This document shows positions 47,932 to 56,128 of a DNA stretch of 64,000 bases, piece by piece. Below the pieces are notes generated by a model. It worked only from the letters and a program-made list of their open reading frames with translations. It ran no database searches and had not been told where the DNA came from. The stretch's first letter is position 1. Each line of letters begins with the position of its first letter. Position numbers and translations under genes: made by a program. This DNA comes from Vulcanimicrobiaceae bacterium (lineage in GTDB: Bacteria; Verrucomicrobiota; Verrucomicrobiia; Limisphaerales; Palsa-1400). The stretch is taken from the NCBI GenBank assembly GCA_035511075.1, contig DATKFW010000005.1, positions 86,108-150,107 on the forward strand, in the 5' to 3' direction.

Positions 47932-50900
47932 TCTCCTCTTTCCCCTGCCTGTCGTAGCTTGGCGAAGGCGAGTCCTTCACCTCCGTCGCCGTGATTTGCT
48001 CCCACGACGGCGCGCGCCAGAGTTGCACGACGCCTCTACCATCCATGGTGCCGACAATGTTGCCGTCTGGAGAGAACGCGGCGAACGTGGGAAATTTGTT
48101 CGGCTGCCCCTCTAGCGTGATCACTTGTTGCCAGCTTTGCGTGTCCCATAGACGCAGAACCTGGTTGCCGTTTCCAAGGACTGCAAGCCTCTTGCCATCC
48201 GGCGAGAATGCCACGGAATCCCCCGGCCCAGCGGTAATGCCGTCCGAATTCGGCTCCAAATGCCAAGTGGCGGTGTCCCACACTTGACTGGAACCCTCGT
48301 AGCGGGCGAGGGCGAAGAGCTTTCCATCTGGCGAAAAAGCAGCGCCGCAAGCCCAGAGAGCATTTAAATCCAATTGGCGCTCGGTTTGGTCCGCCAGCTT
48401 TCGTAGCACGAGATCTCCGTGGTAGCCGACAATCGCGCACAGTTGATTGTTTGGCGAAAAGGCCCACGCGTTGAGAATTTGAGGCGCTCGCCAGGACTGC
48501 TTTTCCAAATCTGTCGCGAAGTCCCACTCATGCAGCATATTGCCCCGCGCAGACCAGGTGACGACACCATTTCCCTTGGGGAGAAATCCCACTACAATCA
48601 TACCATCCTGCGTGTCGATAACATCGCTCGTGGTGTTGGTCCACTGACGCCACAGCAAACGACGCGCAACGTCCCAGACCTGGATCAATCCATTGGTGGA
48701 GTATTCGCAGAGGAATCGCCCGTCATCGGAGAACTTATGGAGCAAGGAATAACGGATCAAGTTGGTGTCGGTTTCGAAGATGGGCTCGCTCTGCCGGAAA
48801 TCAGGGCCGATCCAGCGCACTACTGTCCCTCGCTGGTCGAGGGTAAGTATCGATTGACTGTCGGGTGCGAAACACCAGGCTAGGGCATTGGCCGAAATAG
48901 CGATGCCAGGACTCCGCGGATGGTTGACGGAGGTATCCCAAAAGCAAACCCCGCCAACGCCGTCACCGGTGACAAGCGTTCGATTATCCGGCATAAGCGT
49001 CAAACGCCGCACGTCATGACCATGGCCCCGCAGTGTGTCAAGGCAGGTTCGGCTGGCAACATCCCAGATGCGAACCGTCTCATCGGCGCTGCTGGAAGCG
49101 AGCTTTTTACCGTCCGGCCAAAACATAAGTGAAGTCACCATGTCATTGTGGCCCTTAAGCCGACCGATTTCTTTGCCGCTGGCAACGTCCCAAAGCGCGA
49201 TGTCCGGGTCGGGCAAGCCAGTGCCCGACGCCACCGTTTTTCCGTCGGGCGAAAACGCCACCGCAATCACATCGGACGGCACACTCCAGAGATCCTTGCC
49301 ATTACGCAGATCAACTAGACGAAGTTGCGGCGTTTCCGACAGATAGGCGTAGGCAGCCAGACGCAGATCCCCCGTTGCGGCAAAAGGGGTGCCGAAATCG
49401 GGACTGAACTGTCCCGATGGATAACTGACCACGTTGGCCGCTTGGGGTATCCGCCATAGCGCAATCCGCCCGGTGCTGCCAAAGGTTAGGGAAGTGACCA
49501 GCGTCTGGCCATCTGTGGAGAAAGTTAACCCTTCGCAAGGGGCCAATTCTTCCATCGGCACTTCGGCCAGCATAGTCCGCGTCACCGCATTCCATAAATG
49601 GAGAGTGGCGTGCATCACTCCAGAAGAGGAGGGCGCGAGACCGACGAACGCCAAAAGCGGTTCCTTCGGAGAGAAGGCCGCGCGGATCCATCGTTCGTTC
49701 GTGGCCAGGCGATCTACTTCCTTGTGCGTTCGTAAATCCCATACGGATAAGCCATCGTGCTGGACAGTGCCAATGGCCAGCCACGTTCCGTCCGCAGATA
49801 CTGTCAACGAATGAATATCGTTGGATTTCTGGCAAAGCGTCAACAGGGCATCGCTGCGGGATTGCCCCCACAAGTAGCGCCATTCCCAGCCGCGCAAATC
49901 CTTTTGCCCCGGCGCCGGCTTCTGGCGATTGAGCACTTCAAGGGCGCGGCCAAGGTTGTTTTGGTCCAGGGCTTGCATCGCCGAAATCATATCCAAGGCG
50001 TAGGCGCGCCGGCGGGCGGCCAACTCTTGGGCTTGGGCCTGCGCACGCAGTTGCGCTTCGTTTGCCTCGGCCTGCTGCGCCTGGCGGCGTTGGGCTTCCT
50101 CGTTCGCGCGGGCCGCTTGGGCGCTGTTGCGTTGTTTTATCGCTTGTTGCAGACCAATCGCCGCCAAACTCAAACCACCGGCCAACGCGATGACTACCGC
50201 CGTTCCGGCGGCGAATACAAGTTTGTTGCGACGAAACGCCTTTTGAAACCTGTAAGCCGCACTCGGCGGGCGGGCCAAGACCGGCTCGTTGTCCAGGTGC
50301 CGTTTGAGATCGAAGGCCAACCCATTGGCAGTGTCATACCGGCGCGTGCGATCCTTTTCCAGGCACTTCATCACGATCCAATCCAGATCACCTCGGAGTT
50401 GATGCAGCAGCTTCGACTTGTCGACTGAACGGCGTTTGGCCGTCGTCGTCAACTCCTCTCCACCAAGCGTAGCCAAGCGCGTGCTCGGGCGGACCGGTTC
50501 CTTCTCGCGAATGGTCTTGCGCATCGCGTCCATGCCGGAGGCGATCAGTTCCTGCGCGTCAAACGGCGTGCTGCCAGTAAGCAACTCGTAAAGCAAGACG
50601 CCCAGACTGTAAGTATCACTGCGCGTGTCAATGTCCAGGCCACTCATTTCCGCCTGCTCGGGACTCATGTAGGCTGGCGTGCCGATGAACTGGTGCAACT
50701 GCGTATAAACCGTCGCGTCGGTAAGTCGGCCTTCCGTCGCCTTGGCGATGCCGAAGTCAATCACCTTGGGCACGGGCACCCCATCGTGCAGCGTCACGAG
50801 GATGTTCGACGGCTTGATGTCCCGGTGAATGATCCCCTTTTGGTGCGCGTGTTGGATGGCCTGGCAGACCTTCATGAACAGATCCAGCCGCTCCTTGGTG

Positions 50901-51637
50901 GTGAGGGTCGCCTGGTCGCAATAGTCCGTGATTTTTATGCCGCGTACGAGTTCCATCACGAAGTAAGGGCGGCCCGTTTCCGTGGCGCCGGCATCGAGCA
51001 CCTTGGCGATGTTGGGATGATCCATCATCGCCAACGCCTGCCGCTCGGCTTCAAATCTGGCGACGACCTGCTTGGTGTCCATGCCCAGCTTGATGACCTT
51101 CAGGGCGACGCGACGGCGCACCGGCTCGGTTTGCTCGGCAACATAAACCACGCCGCAACCGCCTTCGCCCACTTTCTCCAGCACCTTGTAGCGGCCGATA
51201 GTCTTGCCGACGGCTTCATCCTCGATTTCAGCCAGATCGAGCTTGATGGTTGCTTTTACGGCGGGCGCAGCCGAGGGCGGCAATTGATCGGGCTTGTCGT
51301 GCGCGGCCAGCAGGACTTCCAGGCGCTGGCGCAGGGCGGGGTCGCCGTAGCAGGCACCGTCAAGGAAACTGGCACGCTCGGCAGGAAGTTTGCCGAGCGC
51401 GGCAGCCAGCAACACTTCTTCCCGATTTTGAGGCGATGGCACGTCTGTTTGAGATTTGCTCTGCAAGCCTATGCGCGCATCCGACGGACTGAAAGCACGA
51501 ATAATCTTTCCCAGTCGCCCAAAACCAGACGTGGCCGCTCCGACGAATACCTTGTGTCGCCACGTATAGAAGGACTGGCAGACAATGAGTGACGTGGGGA
51601 AAATAGCGTATATAGCCATCGGATTCAATTCCTCCAT
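47918..51637 (-). CDS. Ser/Thr protein kinase - TM - coiled coil - WD40 beta-propeller protein
   Basis: Hanks kinase motifs: GEGGCGVVYVA, VALKVIK, HRDIKPSNILV, DFGIAK, GTPAYMSPEQ. One TM helix (LVFAAGTAVVIALAGGLSLAAIGL) and a Q/A/R-rich coiled coil follow. About 650 aa of WD40-type repeats come next (...SPDGK..AS...D.T.R.WD...). Start uncertain: the 51637 ATG overlaps the divergent kinase gene, and alternative starts are TTG 51466 and GTG 51442. Confidence 0.88.
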   Translation of the reverse strand: MEELNPMAIYAIFPTSLIVCQSFYTWRHKVFVGAATSGFGRLGKIIRAFSPSDARIGLQSKSQTDVPSPQNREEVLLAAALGKLPAERASFLDGACYGDPALRQRLEVLLAAHDKPDQLPPSAAPAVKATIKLDLAEIEDEAVGKTIGRYKVLEKVGEGGCGVVYVAEQTEPVRRRVALKVIKLGMDTKQVVARFEAERQALAMMDHPNIAKVLDAGATETGRPYFVMELVRGIKITDYCDQATLTTKERLDLFMKVCQAIQHAHQKGIIHRDIKPSNILVTLHDGVPVPKVIDFGIAKATEGRLTDATVYTQLHQFIGTPAYMSPEQAEMSGLDIDTRSDTYSLGVLLYELLTGSTPFDAQELIASGMDAMRKTIREKEPVRPSTRLATLGGEELTTTAKRRSVDKSKLLHQLRGDLDWIVMKCLEKDRTRRYDTANGLAFDLKRHLDNEPVLARPPSAAYRFQKAFRRNKLVFAAGTAVVIALAGGLSLAAIGLQQAIKQRNSAQAARANEEAQRRQAQQAEANEAQLRAQAQAQELAARRRAYALDMISAMQALDQNNLGRALEVLNRQKPAPGQKDLRGWEWRYLWGQSRSDALLTLCQKSNDIHSLTVSADGTWLAIGTVQHDGLSVWDLRTHKEVDRLATNERWIRAAFSPKEPLLAFVGLAPSSSGVMHATLHLWNAVTRTMLAEVPMEELAPCEGLTFSTDGQTLVTSLTFGSTGRIALWRIPQAANVVSYPSGQFSPDFGTPFAATGDLRLAAYAYLSETPQLRLVDLRNGKDLWSVPSDVIAVAFSPDGKTVASGTGLPDPDIALWDVASGKEIGRLKGHNDMVTSLMFWPDGKKLASSSADETVRIWDVASRTCLDTLRGHGHDVRRLTLMPDNRTLVTGDGVGGVCFWDTSVNHPRSPGIAISANALAWCFAPDSQSILTLDQRGTVVRWIGPDFRQSEPIFETDTNLIRYSLLHKFSDDGRFLCEYSTNGLIQVWDVARRLLWRQWTNTTSDVIDTQDGMIVVGFLPKGNGVVTWSARGNMLHEWDFATDLEKQSWRAPQILNAWAFSPNNQLCAIVGYHGDLVLRKLADQTERQLDLNALWACGAAFSPDGKLFALARYEGSSQVWDTATWHLEPNSDGITAGPGDSVAFSPDGKRLAVLGNGNQVLRLWDTQSWQQVITLEGQPNKFPTFAAFSPDGNIVGTMDGRGVVQLWRAPSWEQITATEVKDSPSPSYDRQGKEEIKQP

Positions 51638-52568
51638 ACTAGCGGGTGTGAACCGTAAAAGCTCTAAAGGCTCTTATAAGAATGGCTTGGTGAAGCATCG
51701 GTCACTGCGACGCGAGGCTTCGGACCGGTGCGTCCAGGGCGACGAACTTCAACTGCAGACCACGCATGGTCGTAAAATTTCAGTAGAGTTTATCGCCAAC
51801 GTGTATCAATCCGGAGACCGCGAAGTGATCGAATGCAATCTCCGCGACATCTTAGAGCGCAAGCGGACTGAGGAGGAATTGCATGCCTCGCGTGAACAGC
51901 TTCGCGCCCTGGCCGCCCGCATCCAGACGGCGCGTGAAGAAGAGCGCACGCATGCCGCGAGGGAAATCCATGACGTGCTGGCCCAGGAGTTGACAGGACT
52001 CAAAATTGACGCCGCATGGCTGAGTCGCATGTTGGCCGGCCCCGTCTATAGCTGGAACCAAACACTCCTTCTGGAGAAAATCGCGGCAATCATGGATTTG
52101 ACGGATAAAGCCAGCAAGTCCGTCGAAAGAATTGCCTCGGAACTGCGCCCCGTCATACTGGACAGCCTCGGACTGTGCGCCGCCACCGAATGGGTCGCCT
52201 CCGATTTCCAAAGGCGCACGGAGGTCAACTGCGAGGCGAACGTGCCGGCGCGGAGTGTGGCGATCGACAGGGACAGCTCCACGGCGTTGTTTCGCATCTT
52301 GCAGGAGAGCTTAACGAACATAGCCCGGCACGCCCGCGCCACGAAGGTAAACATCCATTTGCGAGTGGAGGCTGGCGAGGTAATTTTGACCATCGACGAC
52401 GACGGCCGCGGCATTCGACCCAACGAACTGACAAACGGCCGTTCGATGGGACTTCTAGGGATGCGCGAAAGGGCATCGCTGCTGAACGGAAAATGTGCGA
52501 TCACGGCTCGCGCGGGCGGTGGGACCGCGGTGGAAGTGAGACTCCCGGCAGGCGGGGTCGTTGAATAG
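51585..52568 (+). CDS. HisKA_3-type (NarX/LiaS-class) sensor histidine kinase with only a vestigial PAS fragment
   Basis: 327 aa. ATG 51585 has AAGGA 10 nt upstream, and an in-frame TAG lies 18 nt upstream. H-box ERTHAAREIHDVLAQELTGL. HATPase motifs: NIARHARAT, DDGRGI, GLLGMRERA. Only the last ~35 residues of a PAS fold are present (...KISVEFIANVYQSGDREVIECNLRDILERKRTEEEL). Confidence 0.83.
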   Translation: MSDVGKIAYIAIGFNSSILAGVNRKSSKGSYKNGLVKHRSLRREASDRCVQGDELQLQTTHGRKISVEFIANVYQSGDREVIECNLRDILERKRTEEELHASREQLRALAARIQTAREEERTHAAREIHDVLAQELTGLKIDAAWLSRMLAGPVYSWNQTLLLEKIAAIMDLTDKASKSVERIASELRPVILDSLGLCAATEWVASDFQRRTEVNCEANVPARSVAIDRDSSTALFRILQESLTNIARHARATKVNIHLRVEAGEVILTIDDDGRGIRPNELTNGRSMGLLGMRERASLLNGKCAITARAGGGTAVEVRLPAGGVVE

Positions 52569-52579
52569 GACAATGACGA

Positions 52580-53233
52580 GTGACCAGAATTTTGATCGCC
52601 GACGACCACGCGGTCGTGCGCGAGGGATTGAAACAACTCCTGGCTGAGGACTTCCCTCACGCGGAGTTTTGCGGCTCAACCACGATCGCCGGGACTCTGG
52701 CAGCGATTCAGAAAGGGCCCTGGGATTTATTGGTGCTTGACCTCTTTATGCCGGACGGCAATGGCTTCGGTATCTTGCAGGAGGTCCGCGATAATTATCC
52801 GAGACTACCGGTCCTGGTCCTCAGCAGCGCCTCGGAAGAGCAACTTGGGTTACGTGTCCTTCGGGCCGGCGCCAGCGGCTATGTTAGCAAGCAGACAGCG
52901 CCGGAGCGTCTCGTGCAAGCGGTGCGCAAAGCCCTCGGGGGCGGCAAATATGTGAGCGGCGCCCTGGCGGAACAACTAGCCGCGAAAGCCTGCCGCGGCG
53001 ACCAGCCGCTATACGAAACTCTATCGGATCGAGAATTCCAGATACTTCACCTGGTCGTCGAGGGTCGAGCACTTAAAGAAATCGCCGCCGTCTTATCGTT
53101 GAGCGTAAAGACTGTCCGCACCTTTCACACGCGCGTCCTGGGAAAGCTTCATCTTCGAAGTGACGTGGACTTGGTTCACTACGCTTTGGACCATGGTCTG
53201 GTCGAAAAGCGCGTCTCCCCTAGATCACACTAA
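52580..53233 (+). CDS. NarL/FixJ-family response regulator (REC + LuxR-type HTH)
   Basis: 217 aa with GTG start. REC motifs: ILIADDHAVVREGL ... LLVLDLFMPDGNG. HTH: LSDREFQILHLVVEGRALKEIAAVLSLSVKTVRTFHTRVLGKL. Confidence 0.92.
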   Translation: MTRILIADDHAVVREGLKQLLAEDFPHAEFCGSTTIAGTLAAIQKGPWDLLVLDLFMPDGNGFGILQEVRDNYPRLPVLVLSSASEEQLGLRVLRAGASGYVSKQTAPERLVQAVRKALGGGKYVSGALAEQLAAKACRGDQPLYETLSDREFQILHLVVEGRALKEIAAVLSLSVKTVRTFHTRVLGKLHLRSDVDLVHYALDHGLVEKRVSPRSH

Positions 53234-53244
53234 GCTTGACACTC

Positions 53245-53271
53245 GTAGTCTGCGTATTAAGCCACAGACTA
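53245..53271 (+). other. Hairpin (8-bp perfect stem GTAGTCTG/CAGACTAC, 11-nt loop) 12 nt after the NarL-type regulator stop
   Basis: Seen directly in the sequence. It is not followed by a T-tract, so it is not a canonical intrinsic terminator. The palindrome CTTATAAG lies at 53299-53306 and GCAGGC-N5-GCCTGC at 53340-53356 in the same AT-rich spacer. Confidence 0.4.
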
Positions 53272-53385
53272 CATAGGATGACGCCTTATTCCCATTTTCT
53301 TATAAGGGAAGTGTGTCTATACTTAAAGCATTAGAGTTAGCAGGCATGGCGCCTGCGGGGAATCGCGCTAATAGAAAGACTTCCT

Positions 53386-55344
53386 ATGAAACAGCAAATT
53401 AACGGTTGTGCAAGCCTCCGCACCGCGGAAGCTTTGCGGAACAGTGAAGCGCGCCATCGCTCGCTTACCAAGAGCACTTCGGAAGGGCTTGAGCACCGCC
53501 GGGGGCTGCTTGAGGAGGCCGTCCCCAAACCTTTTGTCTGCCTTGATGTCAACCGCGTTTTGGAAAAGCTGACGCCCGTAAGGAACATCGCGGGCAATTG
53601 CCTCGCCGAAGTCGCCCCGGTCCTAAGAGAGTCCGACGCGGAGTTGGTCCGGGCGGCTGCAACCGGGCAGTCGGCGAGATTTGAAGACTATTCGGATGCG
53701 TTCAGGGAGGGGTTCTTGGTTTCCGTACAGAGCAGGGCGCCGGGAAGTTTCATTCCCGAGTTGAAAAATAGTATGGACCGCAAGCATGAGATGGAGGGCA
53801 TTGGCACATCCGAGGAAAAGTTCACGAGCATCTTCGAGAACGCGCCCGTCGGAATTTTTCGGGCCGCGGCCAATTTATTGGTTGCTGCGAATCCCGCCAT
53901 GGCCAGGATGTTTGGCTACGGAAGCCCGGCGGAAATGATAACCAGCAGACGGTCCATAGAATCGTACTTTGTTCATCCTGAGCAGCGGAATAGCATTGTC
54001 AGCGAGGCGATGAAGACCGGCGCATACGTGCAGCACAAGGTCGACTATCGCCGCCAGGACGGTTCAACCTTCATGGGCAATCTGCGAGTGCGGGTCTATT
54101 GCCGGGCAGCAGATGAAGTCAGGATATCGGAGGGCTTCATCGAAGATGTTAACGAGCGTGAACAGACCGAGGCTGAACTGCATCAAGTGGAAGAACAATT
54201 GCGCCAGTCTCAAAAAATGGGGGCGATCGGACAATTGGCAGGAGGCATTGCGCACGATTTCAACAACACCCTGTTGATGATTCTCATGCGGCTGGGAAAG
54301 TTGCGTGAAATGCCGCTCCTGAGCCTGGACACGATGGAATCTCTCAAAGAGATCGAAAGGACGACCGCGCGCGCGACCAACCTGACTCGGCAGCTCTTGT
54401 CATTCAGCCGCAAACTATCGGCCAGGATCGAGCGATTGGACATAAACTCGCTGATAAGTGAGCTGCTTGTCATGTTGCGTCCGCTCTTGGGTGACCGCAT
54501 CGAAATTGCGTTCCAATGCCCGGCGGATCACGTTTGGGTGAATGCCGACGCCGGAATGATGGAGCAGGTGGTGATGAATCTATGCATCAATGCCCGTGAT
54601 GCGATGCCCAAGGGCGGGCGGTTGACGCTTGCCGCCGCGAGGGTTGAGGTACATTCCGCTGCCCGGGCGGGCTGCTTTGTTTGCCTGTCGGTTAGCGATA
54701 CGGGGTGCGGCATGGATGAGACCGTGTTGGCGCGTGTTTTCGAGCCGTTTTTTACCACAAAAGAGGTGGGCAAAGGGACCGGGTTGGGGATGGCCACAGT
54801 TTGCAGGATCGTCAAGGAGCATCAGGGCTGGGTCAATGTAGAAAGTGCCGTGGGGCGGGGCAGTTCGTTCCGGGTTTATCTTCCGTCGGCAATGCCGATG
54901 GGACAGTCGGCGATTTCCAACCTGGACGAGGTCATTCGGGGCGGTTCAGAGGGGATTTTGCTGGTGGAGGATGACCTATATGTCCGCAGATTGGTGGCCA
55001 CGCAACTTCGCGAGCTGGGTTACGCGGTCCTGGAGGCCGGCAACGGATTGGAAGCGCTGCATAGATGGGAAGAGCACCAGCAAGACATCGAATTATTGTT
55101 TACCGACATGACGATGCCGGGAAACATGAGCGGGTTGGACTTGGCGTTGCGCCTCAAGAAAGAACAACCTTCATTGAGAGTAATCAGTTCCAGCGGTTCC
55201 GGCGCGAACCTGTCGCAAAACCCTCTGACGGCTGGGCAGGAGTTTTTCTATTTGCCCAAACCGTATGAACCAGCCGCCTTGGCATTGACTGTGCGCCGTT
55301 GCTTGGACAAGCCCATGGCTAGCGCCGCGCAAACGCGCCCTTAG
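53386..55344 (+). CDS. Hybrid sensor histidine kinase (PAS x2 + HisKA + HATPase_c + C-terminal REC)
   Basis: 652 aa. PAS region: EEKFTSIFENAPVGIF... H-box GQLAGGIAHDFNNTL. HATPase motifs: NLCINARDAMP, DTGCGMD, GKGTGLGMA. REC motifs: ILLVEDDLYVR...LLFTDMTMPGNMSG...LPKPY. Confidence 0.9.
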   Translation: MKQQINGCASLRTAEALRNSEARHRSLTKSTSEGLEHRRGLLEEAVPKPFVCLDVNRVLEKLTPVRNIAGNCLAEVAPVLRESDAELVRAAATGQSARFEDYSDAFREGFLVSVQSRAPGSFIPELKNSMDRKHEMEGIGTSEEKFTSIFENAPVGIFRAAANLLVAANPAMARMFGYGSPAEMITSRRSIESYFVHPEQRNSIVSEAMKTGAYVQHKVDYRRQDGSTFMGNLRVRVYCRAADEVRISEGFIEDVNEREQTEAELHQVEEQLRQSQKMGAIGQLAGGIAHDFNNTLLMILMRLGKLREMPLLSLDTMESLKEIERTTARATNLTRQLLSFSRKLSARIERLDINSLISELLVMLRPLLGDRIEIAFQCPADHVWVNADAGMMEQVVMNLCINARDAMPKGGRLTLAAARVEVHSAARAGCFVCLSVSDTGCGMDETVLARVFEPFFTTKEVGKGTGLGMATVCRIVKEHQGWVNVESAVGRGSSFRVYLPSAMPMGQSAISNLDEVIRGGSEGILLVEDDLYVRRLVATQLRELGYAVLEAGNGLEALHRWEEHQQDIELLFTDMTMPGNMSGLDLALRLKKEQPSLRVISSSGSGANLSQNPLTAGQEFFYLPKPYEPAALALTVRRCLDKPMASAAQTRP

Positions 55345-56105
55345 CGATAGCCGCCGGAAGCAAGGAAGGTTTCCCCCGTGATCCAGCCTGAATCCCCCGA
55401 AGCGAGGAACGTCGCGATCGTGGCGATGTCCTCCGGTTGGCCGATCCGTCCCAACGGGGTTTGGGCCTCCGCTTGTTTCTGGAAGTCACCCCCGATGAAG
55501 CCGGCAGTGTGGACGCCTTCCGTTTCGATCATGCCGGGATTGATGGCGTTGACGCGAATCTTGCGAGGCCCCAGTTCCTTGGCCAGCGATTTCGTCACGG
55601 TATCCACCGCTCCTTTGGTGGCGCTGTAAACCGAGCCGCCCGGAGGCGCCGACGTGCTGGCAACCGAACTGATATTGATAATGCTGCCGCCGGCGGCGTC
55701 AAACTGCTTGACCGCTTCTTGAGTCGCGAGAATCAAGCCGAGAACATTCACATTGAAATGCTTGTGAAAATGTTCCTCGGTGATCTGTTCGAGCGGAAGG
55801 AATTCATAGACGCCCGCGTTGTTCACGAGCACGTCGAGCCGGCCAAAGGCCTTCTTGGTTTCGGCAAACATGCGTTCGATGTCTGCTTTCTTTGCGACGT
55901 CCCCTTGCACGGCAATAGCCTTGCCGCCTTGCGCGGTGATTTCGCTCACGACCTTGGCTGCGCCGGCTTTTCCGGAAGAGTAGTTGACGGCAACCGATGC
56001 GCCGTCCGCGGCGAGTTGCCGGGCGATAGCGGCGCCGATGCCCTTGGATGCACCGGTGACAAGGGCGACTTTGCCCGCCAGTTTATTGGATGTGTTATTG
56101 CTCAT
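55341..56105 (-). CDS. Short-chain dehydrogenase/reductase (FabG-like SDR)
   Basis: 254 aa. Motifs: VALVTGASKGIGAAIA (TGxxxGIG), NNAG, catalytic YSATKGA. GGAAGGAA lies 8 nt upstream of the ATG. The gene starts 23 nt downstream of the RND-OMF stop on the same strand. Confidence 0.9.
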   Translation of the reverse strand: MSNNTSNKLAGKVALVTGASKGIGAAIARQLAADGASVAVNYSSGKAGAAKVVSEITAQGGKAIAVQGDVAKKADIERMFAETKKAFGRLDVLVNNAGVYEFLPLEQITEEHFHKHFNVNVLGLILATQEAVKQFDAAGGSIINISSVASTSAPPGGSVYSATKGAVDTVTKSLAKELGPRKIRVNAINPGMIETEGVHTAGFIGGDFQKQAEAQTPLGRIGQPEDIATIATFLASGDSGWITGETFLASGGYR

Positions 56106-56128
56106 ATATTTGTTCCTTCCATTTGTGT

